Source: an uncultured Armatimonadetes bacterium (lineage in GTDB: Bacteria > Armatimonadota > Fimbriimonadia > Fimbriimonadales > Fimbriimonadaceae). From it: a stretch of 64,000 bases of DNA. Below, in pieces: positions 18,386-27,280 of the stretch. Position numbers and translations under genes: made by a program. The stretch lies in the NCBI GenBank assembly GCA_903899015.1, contig CAIUHP010000067.1:9796-73795 (forward strand), read 5' to 3'. The stretch's first letter is position 1, and every line of letters starts with the position of its first letter. Below the pieces are notes generated by a model. That model was given only the letters and a program-made list of their open reading frames with translations. It searched no databases and had not been told where the DNA came from.

Positions 18386-19043
18386 TCTTGCCTCCGGTCG
18401 TTACACTCACAGCGTACCGTTCACCAATGACGAGATGGTCCAAAACGGGAATATCGAGCATCTCTCCTATTTCTTTCAGGCGTCTTGTTACGGCATGGTC
18501 TTCCGGACTAGGGGTTGGGTCACCACTTGGATGGTTGTGGGCAACAATAATGGAGGAAGCGCCATCTCGAACCGCCTCACGAAAGACTTCACGAGGACCC
18601 ACAAGGCTCATGGTGAGGGTGCCGATGTGAACTTCAACGACTCGCATCACCGCGCACTTAGCGTCGAGCAGGATCGCGAGAAAGAATTCCTTCTTCATCA
18701 AACGGTATTCGTGAAGGAGTTCGAATGCGTCTTCCGGAGATTCGATAAATTCAATCTGCCCCCGACCTGAGCCAGCTGTTCTACGCCCGAGTTCAATTAG
18801 AGACATGCACTTGAGATTTTCAAATCCCTCAAGTCCAAAAATCTCCGATAGATCTCCCGCCGCAAGGTCACGGAACCTCTGAACTTTTCCGTATTTCCGA
18901 ACGAGCGTTGCCGCGTCCTTTTCGTTGTCGACGACATCTTCTTCTCGTCGAGAGAATCCAACGCTTACTAGGTCGATTAAAGAAGCGCCTTTGGGGCCGG
19001 TTAGCTGAACTCGCCCATACGCGTTCTTCATCCGATCACTCAT
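18375..19043 (-). CDS. radC: RadC-family JAB/MPN domain protein
   Basis: JAMM-like motif HNHPSGDPTPSPED, an N-terminal helix-hairpin-helix-like region, 222 aa. Confidence 0.9.
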   Translation of the reverse strand: MSDRMKNAYGRVQLTGPKGASLIDLVSVGFSRREEDVVDNEKDAATLVRKYGKVQRFRDLAAGDLSEIFGLEGFENLKCMSLIELGRRTAGSGRGQIEFIESPEDAFELLHEYRLMKKEFFLAILLDAKCAVMRVVEVHIGTLTMSLVGPREVFREAVRDGASSIIVAHNHPSGDPTPSPEDHAVTRRLKEIGEMLDIPVLDHLVIGERYAVSVTTGGKIGG

Positions 19044-19095
19044 GAAGCGTATTATTCCCTAAAGGCAACAAAGCAGACAGGATTAGTCACCAGGG

Positions 19096-20325
19096 TTACA
19101 GAACGTTGAGAGGGGTTAATTCTTGACTGGCCTTCTTTCGATCTGCGGGAGGCTCTTCCCATCTACCGTCCGCCTTAAGTAGACCAATGAGTGCTTCAAC
19201 TCCATCTTCCTGGGGAACATTGTTTCGAACGATTTCTCGCTTGCGATAAAGCGTTATTTTGCCGCCTGCTGCTCCGACATAACCGTAATCAGCATCTGCC
19301 ATCTCGCCCGGACCATTGACGATGCAACCCATCACGGCAATGTCCAAACCAAGCAAGTGGCTAGTGGCTTCTCGAACCTTATGAAGCACGGTTGGCAAGT
19401 CAAACTTGGTTCGGCCACAAGAGGGACATGCGATGTATTCAACCTTGGTTTTCCGCATGCCTACGCCTTGGAGAATGTCGTAGCAAACGGGAATCTCGTG
19501 GATGGGATCTTCTGACAACGATACGCGAATCGTGTCCCCAATTCCTTCCATCAGCAGCGTGCTGATGCCGGCAGTACTCTTAATCCGGGCGTACATTCCA
19601 TCTCCCGCCTCGGTAACGCCAAGGTGCATTGGATAGGCCATACCCTCCTCATCCATCCGCTTGACCATGAGTCGGTTTGCAGCAATCATGACGGGCACTC
19701 GGCTTGCTTTGCACGAGATATTGAGGTTGGTGTAACCGTACTTCTCACAAATCTTGAGGTACTCAATTGCGCTCTCAACCATGCCAAGGGGAGTATCACC
19801 ATACGTGACGAGCATTCTCTCCGAGAGCGAACCATGGTTGACTCCGACCCGCATTGCGCAGTTGTGCTTCTTGCAGGCTTCCACGACGGGCGCGAAGCTG
19901 GCTTCAATCGCCAGTCGTTCGTCAATATGTTCCTGCTCGGTGTACTCGATTTGATTTGTATGCTTATGAAAGACAAATAGGCCTGGGTTGACTCGGACTT
20001 CGTCTACGTGCTTCGCGGCTTCAATTGCAATCGCGGTGCCCTGATGGTGGACATCTGCGGTGAGAGGAACATATTGATAGCGCTCCGTCACTTTGGCCCG
20101 AATGGCTTCCATCGCTTGGGCTTCGCCAAGGCTTGGAGTGGTCACTCGAACAAGCTCACAGCCCTCCTGGTGAAGGGCAATGATCTGTTCGACACATGCA
20201 TCAACGTTGCGAGTCTCCTCGGTGATCATGGACTGAACCAAGACCGGGTATCCCGACCCAATGGTGACCGGGCCAATGTGGCATGGAGTCGTTTTACGGC
20301 GAGGGTAAGTTACGTCCAGATTCAT
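19096..20325 (-). CDS. ispG: (E)-4-hydroxy-3-methylbut-2-enyl diphosphate synthase
   Basis: 409 aa. VRVNPGL, the Cys ligands in ACPSCGRT and GCIVNGPGE. Confidence 0.95.
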   Translation of the reverse strand: MNLDVTYPRRKTTPCHIGPVTIGSGYPVLVQSMITEETRNVDACVEQIIALHQEGCELVRVTTPSLGEAQAMEAIRAKVTERYQYVPLTADVHHQGTAIAIEAAKHVDEVRVNPGLFVFHKHTNQIEYTEQEHIDERLAIEASFAPVVEACKKHNCAMRVGVNHGSLSERMLVTYGDTPLGMVESAIEYLKICEKYGYTNLNISCKASRVPVMIAANRLMVKRMDEEGMAYPMHLGVTEAGDGMYARIKSTAGISTLLMEGIGDTIRVSLSEDPIHEIPVCYDILQGVGMRKTKVEYIACPSCGRTKFDLPTVLHKVREATSHLLGLDIAVMGCIVNGPGEMADADYGYVGAAGGKITLYRKREIVRNNVPQEDGVEALIGLLKADGRWEEPPADRKKASQELTPLNVL

Positions 20326-20362
20326 GATTTGTCTTTTCTACGTGGATTGACTTGCAAACCGT

Positions 20363-22924
20363 TTATTCCCAAGCAACTAGGTTCAACTCACTCGCGACAT
20401 TGATGTCCGAATGATAAGGAACGATTCTGACGGTGTAACCCTGGTGTCCAGGCTGATCACAGCTAACCGTTGCCGTCATCTTGGTTAATTCACCTTCTGA
20501 ACCACTCGCGGCGAACGGAGAAAGTCGACAATGCGAAATCTCTCTATTCGGACCGATCTTGCCGAAGACTGCTTCAACCCGAACTTCGTCTGCCGTGAGT
20601 CCGCCTAGATTGACCCACGCTGTAATCGTGATCTCACGTCCCATGGAGTTAGATCGTTGAGCAGTATCTTCCACCTTAACAACTCTTACTTGGGACCATG
20701 TCTGACGAACGCGATCTCTCCACGACAGAACATCCTTGGCTTTGCTTAAGTCACCGGAAGCAAGGTTCTGATACGAGAGTGAAGATGGAACATAGAATTT
20801 CTCTGTGTAGTCCCTCACCATCCGATTAGTTGAGAACTGTGGTCCAAGCGTCATGATTGACTTCTTAACCATCTGGATCCAACCTCTCGGAACACCGCTC
20901 TCAACCCGATGATAGAAAGTGGGTGCGATTTCATTCTGGATAATGTGATAGAGCGCACGAGAATCGAGCCAGTCCTGATGACCTTCATCGTGAATCTCGC
21001 TGCGGTCGCCTATCGCCCAACCGAGCCCCGGCTCATATCCTTCGTCCCACCATCCATCGAGAATTGAACAGTTTAGCGCTCCGTTCGGAACAACCTTCAT
21101 TCCACTCGTACCACTTGCTTCATGAGGTCGGCGTGGGTTGTTCAACCAAACGTCTACTCCTTGGACTAGCGCTCGGGCAACCTGCATATCGTAGTCTTCA
21201 AGGAAAACGATTCGGCTGAGTGCTCCCTCGTTGATAAATCGAACGAGATCTTGAATGATTCGCTTACCACCGTCGTCTCGAGGGTGGCTCTTTCCAGAAA
21301 TGATAATTTGCACAGGTCGTTCTGAGTTGAACAAGATCTGCTTCAACCGCTCACGATCTGAAATCATGAGGGAAGCTCGCTTATAAGTTGCAAATCGACG
21401 GGCAAAACCAATCGTCAAGATTCGAGGATCGAGCACGCCATGAAGCACACCGTTATCGGCATGGTTGAGCGTTCGTTGTTCGATATCCTTTTGAAGTCGC
21501 TTACGAACAAAGCGTACAAGCGAACCTCGCTGGTCTTCTAAGACACTCCAAATATCTTCATCCGGAATGTCAGCGACATGCTTCCAAACCTCTGGATTCT
21601 CTGGATTTCGCTTCCAATCGTGTCCAAGATATCGGTCAAAAAGCTGAGACATTCGACGGCTAATCCAAGTCATGGTGTGGATGCCGTTTGTGACTGCCTG
21701 CACCGGAACTTCGTCTTCTGGATAACCTGGCCATCGACTGCCAAACATGTTCCGTGTGACCTTGGCGTGAAGCTTCGAGACACCGTTGACGTAGTCGGCA
21801 TTTTCCATCGCAAGGACCGCCATGTTGAAGGCTTCCCCGCTATTACTCGGGTCGACTCTGCCTAATTTGACGAAATTGTCAAAACTAAGGCCGGTCGTCG
21901 ACACCGTCTTGCCCATATATTTCTCCAACAGTTGCGGGGTGAAGAGGTCGAAACCGGCCGGAACGGGCGTGTGGGTTGTGAATACGTTGCCGTTCACAAT
22001 AACTTGGCGAGCTGTCCTGAAATCGCAACCTCGCTCAACCATAAACTGACGGATCCGCTCAATCGACAAAAATGCGGCATGCCCTTCATTCATATGGCAA
22101 ACCGTCGGCTTGATGCCAACGGCCTGAAGCGCTTTCATTCCACCAATACCAAGAATCATCTCTTGGCGAATGCGCATCTCTTCATCGCCACCATAAAGAG
22201 TGTCTGTGATGCCTTGATCGTTTGGCTGATTCTCAAGTACGTTGCTATCAAGTAGGAACAGCGGTATGCGTCCAACCTCAGCGCGCCATACCTGACAATT
22301 CACGATACGATCGGGAAATTCGACTTCAATTCTTAGGGGCTGATCCGAAGCATCCCGAATCAGAGTCAACGGCATTTGATAGAAGTCGTACTCCGGATAA
22401 ATCTCCTGCTGCCAACCGTCATGATTGAGCCGTTGTCGGAAATAGCCACGATTGTAAAGAAGACCTACCCCAACGAGAGGAATGCCTAAGTCGCTTGCCG
22501 CTTTAAGGTGATCTCCTGCAAGAACGCCGAGGCCTCCTGAATAAATGGGGAGACCTTCAGATATTCCAAATTCCGCGCAGAAATAGGCGATAGTCGTCTT
22601 CTCTCGCTCGCTAGGATAGGTTCGATCGAACCACGTTTCGTCTGTTAGATACGCATTCAAGTCATCTAAGCAATGCTGAATCCGAGCGACAAAAACCGGA
22701 TCTTTTTCAAGCCGGTCGAGCCTTTCCTTTGAAAGTCGGTTGAGAAAAAGCACCGGATTGTGTTCGGCAGCATCCCAACCTTCTCGATCCACAGCGCGAA
22801 ACAGTTCGCGGATTTCGTGATGCCATGTCCAAAGGTAGTTTGAGGCAAGGGTTTTGAGAGGAAGAAGGGACTGAGGAAGGTCCGTTACAACCTCAAATGC
22901 GTGCGAGAACTTAGGGTTCTTCAT
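20363..22924 (-). CDS. glgP: alpha-glucan phosphorylase (GT35, DUF3417-type N-terminus)
   Basis: NYLWTWHHE N-terminal motif, GGLGVLAGDHLKA, and the PLP lysine context EASGTSGMK. ATG at 22924 preferred. Confidence 0.92.
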   Translation of the reverse strand: MKNPKFSHAFEVVTDLPQSLLPLKTLASNYLWTWHHEIRELFRAVDREGWDAAEHNPVLFLNRLSKERLDRLEKDPVFVARIQHCLDDLNAYLTDETWFDRTYPSEREKTTIAYFCAEFGISEGLPIYSGGLGVLAGDHLKAASDLGIPLVGVGLLYNRGYFRQRLNHDGWQQEIYPEYDFYQMPLTLIRDASDQPLRIEVEFPDRIVNCQVWRAEVGRIPLFLLDSNVLENQPNDQGITDTLYGGDEEMRIRQEMILGIGGMKALQAVGIKPTVCHMNEGHAAFLSIERIRQFMVERGCDFRTARQVIVNGNVFTTHTPVPAGFDLFTPQLLEKYMGKTVSTTGLSFDNFVKLGRVDPSNSGEAFNMAVLAMENADYVNGVSKLHAKVTRNMFGSRWPGYPEDEVPVQAVTNGIHTMTWISRRMSQLFDRYLGHDWKRNPENPEVWKHVADIPDEDIWSVLEDQRGSLVRFVRKRLQKDIEQRTLNHADNGVLHGVLDPRILTIGFARRFATYKRASLMISDRERLKQILFNSERPVQIIISGKSHPRDDGGKRIIQDLVRFINEGALSRIVFLEDYDMQVARALVQGVDVWLNNPRRPHEASGTSGMKVVPNGALNCSILDGWWDEGYEPGLGWAIGDRSEIHDEGHQDWLDSRALYHIIQNEIAPTFYHRVESGVPRGWIQMVKKSIMTLGPQFSTNRMVRDYTEKFYVPSSLSYQNLASGDLSKAKDVLSWRDRVRQTWSQVRVVKVEDTAQRSNSMGREITITAWVNLGGLTADEVRVEAVFGKIGPNREISHCRLSPFAASGSEGELTKMTATVSCDQPGHQGYTVRIVPYHSDINVASELNLVAWE

Positions 22925-23209
22925 AATTGGCTGGGTCTTAGAATTTCGCAAATCTACGAAAGGCAAATTGACGTTGCATGCAATTCAACAATCAAGATGA
23001 GAAGGAACGATTCGATTGGTCGTTTCGGCTTCTTTGCCTCAACCTATAGCATGATGATAGACCAAATGGCGCCCTTGAGTCACAATGGGACTAGAATCGG
23101 CAAGCTTCAAACCTCAATTTTTAGGGCCTGATCGGGGCAAGGATTCCGCTAGAAACCGATTCCAAGTACCTAGAATCGTTCAATTTCTGGTAGAACCTAC
23201 GCACGACGC

Positions 23210-23911
23210 ATGCTTGAAATTAAAGATATCAATGTCTTCTACGGTGCCATTCAGGCGCTAACCAATGTTTCGATCGACGTAAAGCAAGGTGAGATCGTCG
23301 CAATCATTGGTTCAAACGGGGCTGGTAAGAGCACCCTGCTCCGTACGATTAGCGGCATGCTTCGCCCGAGAACGGGATCGATTTCTTTCAAGGGAAAGAA
23401 TATCGTTTCGACCGCTCCACATGAAATCGTGAAAGCTGGTATCTCTCATTCTCCCGAAGGACGTCGCATCTTCACAAACATGTCGGTCCACGAGAATCTT
23501 CAACTCGGTGCCTACATCCGAAAAGACGCGGAAATCCATAAGGATATGGAAGCGGTCCTCGATCGGTTCCCACGCCTTCGTGAACGGTTCAAGCAAAATT
23601 CCGGAACGATGAGCGGTGGCGAGCAGCAAATGTTAGCTATCGGCCGTGCATTAATGTCTCGACCCGAGTTGCTGCTGCTCGATGAGCCCAGCCTCGGACT
23701 AGCACCTAACCTTGTAACTGAGATTTTTAATATCGTTCTGGATCTCAACAAGGAAGGTCGAACGATTCTGATCGTTGAGCAGAACGCTAACCGAGCACTC
23801 GAAATTGCCCACCGCGCCTATGTTCTCGAAACTGGAAATATCGTTTTAACAGACACCGGTAAGGCCCTTCTCAGCAACCCCAAGGTCAAAGAAGCCTATC
23901 TCGGTGGCTAG
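23210..23911 (+). CDS. livF: branched-chain amino acid ABC transporter ATP-binding protein (LivF-like)
   Basis: Walker A GSNGAGKST, signature SGGEQQML, Walker B LLLLDEPS, and the C-terminal EAYLGG typical of LivF. Confidence 0.88.
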   Translation: MLEIKDINVFYGAIQALTNVSIDVKQGEIVAIIGSNGAGKSTLLRTISGMLRPRTGSISFKGKNIVSTAPHEIVKAGISHSPEGRRIFTNMSVHENLQLGAYIRKDAEIHKDMEAVLDRFPRLRERFKQNSGTMSGGEQQMLAIGRALMSRPELLLLDEPSLGLAPNLVTEIFNIVLDLNKEGRTILIVEQNANRALEIAHRAYVLETGNIVLTDTGKALLSNPKVKEAYLGG

Positions 23912-23932
23912 TTTGCACCTCAACACCTTGAA

Positions 23933-24406
23933 ATGCTGAAGACTCTTCGCTTTGAGCAGATACAGGCATCGCACATTCCTGCGATCTTAGTGATCGAGAA
24001 GGAAAACAATGCTGCTCCCTGGTCCGAGCGCAGCTTTCAAAATGAGCTCGACCATCCGTACGGCATATTTTTGGTTGCGCTCCTCCAAGGCGAATTGGTT
24101 GCGTATGGCGGCGTCTGGCTTGTCATCGACGAAGCCCACATCACCACGGTTTCGGTCGCTCCTTCTCACCGACGCGAAGGCATCGGACAGCGCTTGATGG
24201 TCGAATTACTTGAGAAGGCCAAGCTTGCCGGCATGGTCTGCTCGACTCTTGAAGTAAGAGCTGGAAATGAAGCCGCGATCAAACTTTATGAGAAGCTGGG
24301 ATTTAACGTCGTGGCAACTCGTAAAGGTTATTACCCTGACAACAAGGAAGATGCGGTTGTGATGTGGATGTATAACCTTGACACCTGGGAGCCTCCGCGC
24401 TCTTGA
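23933..24406 (+). CDS. rimI: ribosomal protein S18-alanine N-acetyltransferase
   Basis: GNAT motif RREGIGQRLM, 157 aa, 4-nt overlap with tsaD. Confidence 0.85.
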   Translation: MLKTLRFEQIQASHIPAILVIEKENNAAPWSERSFQNELDHPYGIFLVALLQGELVAYGGVWLVIDEAHITTVSVAPSHRREGIGQRLMVELLEKAKLAGMVCSTLEVRAGNEAAIKLYEKLGFNVVATRKGYYPDNKEDAVVMWMYNLDTWEPPRS

Positions 24407-25404
24407 CTTTGTTTGATCGACCGATTTTAGCAATTGAATCTAGCTGCGATGAAACGAGTGCAGCCGTCGTTCACCATCGCTCGGTGCTCTCGAACATCGT
24501 CGCGAGCCAAATCGATATGCATCGTAAGTGGGGCGGTGTCGTCCCAGAAGCTGCCGCACGAGCTCACGTCGAGGCCATCTTGCCTGTCATCTCCGAAGCT
24601 CTAACGACCGCGAATTTAAACCAATCTCAAATCGGCGCGATCGCAGTGACAAATCGGCCCGGCCTAGTCGGAGCCCTAAGCGTTGGAGCAACTGCTGCTA
24701 AAGCAATGGCCTATTCTCTCGGCATTCCTTTGATCGGAATTCACCACTTAGAAGGACATATCCTTAGCACGCAATCCCTGGCAGATCCTCCTGGATTTCC
24801 CCACGTATGTCTCGTCGTTTCCGGTGGCCACACCGAGTTGGTGGAAGTGACCGAACCTGGTATCTACACGATAATCGGGCAAACTCGTGACGATGCGGCT
24901 GGTGAAGCCTTCGACAAAGGCTCCCGACTTCTCGGATTGGGTTATCCAGGAGGCCTTGCGATTCAGAATGCCGCCAAGACCGGAAATCCCGAACGGTACG
25001 CATTACCGAAAGGGCTTTCGGGTGACACCGTAGACTTTAGCTTCAGCGGACTAAAAACGGCCGTGCTTCGACTTACGGAAAAGGAAGGCTCGAACATCAA
25101 CGTGAGCGATGCAGCGGCGAGCCTCCAAGAAGTCATAGTCGCCGTACTCACCGAAAGAGCCATGCGAGCGATGGAAAGACTTGGCAATTCCACCCTAACG
25201 TTGGTAGGAGGCGTTGCTGCAAACCTTGCTCTCAGAGAGCGAATGGAACAGGCATGCCTACGAAACAACTATCGGTTTGCTTCCCCACCAATTGATCTGT
25301 GTACGGATAACGCGGCCATGATCGGAATCGCGGCATCTTTCCGACTCGCAAAAGGCGAATGCAGTGGCTGGGATCTCGATGTATTCCCCAACGCTGATTT
25401 GTGA
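24403..25404 (+). CDS. tsaD: tRNA N6-adenosine threonylcarbamoyltransferase
   Basis: ILAIESSCDETSAAV, HHLEGH and SGGHT motifs. TTG start. Confidence 0.95.
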   Translation: MTLFDRPILAIESSCDETSAAVVHHRSVLSNIVASQIDMHRKWGGVVPEAAARAHVEAILPVISEALTTANLNQSQIGAIAVTNRPGLVGALSVGATAAKAMAYSLGIPLIGIHHLEGHILSTQSLADPPGFPHVCLVVSGGHTELVEVTEPGIYTIIGQTRDDAAGEAFDKGSRLLGLGYPGGLAIQNAAKTGNPERYALPKGLSGDTVDFSFSGLKTAVLRLTEKEGSNINVSDAAASLQEVIVAVLTERAMRAMERLGNSTLTLVGGVAANLALRERMEQACLRNNYRFASPPIDLCTDNAAMIGIAASFRLAKGECSGWDLDVFPNADL

Positions 25405-25413
25405 CGTTCAGCC

Positions 25414-25626
25414 ATGTTTGACGATCCGTTTCCTGTAAAGCGATGTGTCTGTTTCAACACGACTTTCGCTGTTCTCAAGGCATCGGGAATTCGGTCCATC
25501 CAAGAGGCAGCCGAGCACTTCGGTTGCGGAACCAAGTGCGGAACTTGTATTCCCTACATTGAAAAAATGATTGAGTCAGGATCGGTGGAATTCTCGGTGA
25601 TTGAACTTCCGCCGCCGATGGCGTGA
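25414..25626 (+). CDS. BFD-like (2Fe-2S)-binding domain protein
   Basis: 70 aa with the Cys pattern CVC....CGTKCGTC, characteristic of Bfd-like [2Fe-2S] domains. Confidence 0.75.
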   Translation: MFDDPFPVKRCVCFNTTFAVLKASGIRSIQEAAEHFGCGTKCGTCIPYIEKMIESGSVEFSVIELPPPMA

Positions 25627-25644
25627 TTCTGTCAAAATAGCGCC

Positions 25645-27183
25645 ATGCGCAAATGGTTGGTTGGCTCGTTCCTTCTTATTACTTCGCTTGCACTTGGCGA
25701 CCGGCCGATTACGGTTACGCTGCTTCATAGCAACGACCTCCACGCGCATGTTGAACCCACAAAGATCAAGGGGAAAACTTATGGTGGCTACGCCAGACAA
25801 GCGGCCATTATCAAGAAGATACGCCAAACCGAACCCAACGTGATGCTCCTTAGCGCAGGGGATACGTTTCAGGGAACCCTGTTCTTCAACACGTATGAAG
25901 GTCTTGCCGATCTAGCATTCATGAATGCAGTGGGTTATCAAGCGATGGCAATTGGTAATCACGAGTTCGATCGGGGACCAAAAGCACTTTCCAACTTCGT
26001 GGCCCTAGCAAACTTCCCAATCCTCAGCGCGAATTTGGACTTCACCACTGAGCCCTCACTCTCGTCAGTCCACGAGTCAACCGTAATTACGGTTGGAGGC
26101 GAGAAATTTGGCATCGTTGGTGCAACAACCCCGGCGGTTACGAACATCAGTTCCCCTGGACCGACCGTCAAACTAAAGAATCTCCACGATTCCGTTCAGA
26201 CTGCCGTCGACCAACTCTACAGCCAGGGTATTCACAAGATCTTCCTCCTCACTCATATTGGGTATTCCGAAGATCAAGAACTCGTAAAAACACTTCACCA
26301 TGTCGCGTTCGTCGTCGGGGGACACTCTCACACTCTTCTTGGTACTCCCGATCTTGCCGGATGGCCCAAGTCGCAGGGCCTCTACCCTACGATCACAAAA
26401 GACGCCGATGGACGTAATGTTCCAATCGTTCAGTGCTGGGAATGGGGCAAAGTTTTCGGCCACATTACCCTCGATTTTGATGCTGATGGACATCTAAAAT
26501 CGTGGCGGAACGCCAAACCCATCGTTGTGGACGAAACCATTAACGACGATCCGGTGGTCGAATCGATGGTAGAGGCTTTTAAGCGTCCCATTTCCGCTCT
26601 TGCAGATCAGGCCGTTGGTGAAGCTGCGGTTGGGTTGCCAAAGGAAGCTCAAGGCAGTGGAGACGGATTGATGTCGGACGTGATTGCAGACGGCATGTTA
26701 GAAGCCACTGCCAAAAGTGGTGCCGTTGCCGCCTTTGTCAATTCCGGTGGAGTCAGAGGCAGTCTTGAACCAGGAAAAGTGACGTATGGCGAGTTGATCT
26801 CGATCGAGCCATTTGGCAACACCCTTGTTTCGCTGGACCTTACCGGTTCAGAAATTAAGGGGGCGCTTGAAGAAGGAGTTGGCACGGGTGGTTCACTGAT
26901 CCCCTCGGTCGGTACTTCCTACTCTGTCGATCCAAATCAACCAGCGGGCTCCAGAGTCTCAGAGATCGTGATTGCAGGCAGTCCGCTCGACCTTCAAAAA
27001 ACATATCGCATTACGTTTCTAAACTTCACCGCCAACGGAGGAGATGCTCACGCAGTCCTGAAAGCAGCAAAAGGAAAACGGATCGACACCGGATTGATCG
27101 ATATTGATGCCCTCATCGACTATGTAAAAGCCCATAGTCCGATCTCGCCCGCATCTCCCAAGAGAGTCAAGATTCGAGGCTAG
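25645..27183 (+). CDS. secreted bifunctional metallophosphatase / 5'-nucleotidase
   Basis: Signal peptide, LHSNDLHAH, GDTFQG, GNHEFD and a C-terminal 5'-nucleotidase domain. Confidence 0.9.
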   Translation: MRKWLVGSFLLITSLALGDRPITVTLLHSNDLHAHVEPTKIKGKTYGGYARQAAIIKKIRQTEPNVMLLSAGDTFQGTLFFNTYEGLADLAFMNAVGYQAMAIGNHEFDRGPKALSNFVALANFPILSANLDFTTEPSLSSVHESTVITVGGEKFGIVGATTPAVTNISSPGPTVKLKNLHDSVQTAVDQLYSQGIHKIFLLTHIGYSEDQELVKTLHHVAFVVGGHSHTLLGTPDLAGWPKSQGLYPTITKDADGRNVPIVQCWEWGKVFGHITLDFDADGHLKSWRNAKPIVVDETINDDPVVESMVEAFKRPISALADQAVGEAAVGLPKEAQGSGDGLMSDVIADGMLEATAKSGAVAAFVNSGGVRGSLEPGKVTYGELISIEPFGNTLVSLDLTGSEIKGALEEGVGTGGSLIPSVGTSYSVDPNQPAGSRVSEIVIAGSPLDLQKTYRITFLNFTANGGDAHAVLKAAKGKRIDTGLIDIDALIDYVKAHSPISPASPKRVKIRG

Positions 27184-27243
27184 TAGAACTTACGCAGGGC
27201 ATTCTCTGGGAACAATCGACTCGAGCAAACGCCTACTAGATTA

Positions 27244-27280
27244 GGAGTCCACCCCAAATTGGGCTCCTTTTGTCTGTTTT
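27244..27280 (+). terminator. intrinsic terminator after the 5'-nucleotidase gene
   Basis: GGAGTCCA (27244-27251) / TGGGCTCC (27260-27267) stem with one G-U pair, followed by TTTTGTCTGTTTT. Confidence 0.6.

Noticed and set aside
22925-23209. 76-aa ORF (22901-23131) and short repeats (CTAGAATCG twice) in the glgP-livF divergent spacer.
   Set aside because: The ORF has no SD and an implausible composition. The repeats are short enough to occur by chance. It is most simply a divergent promoter region.
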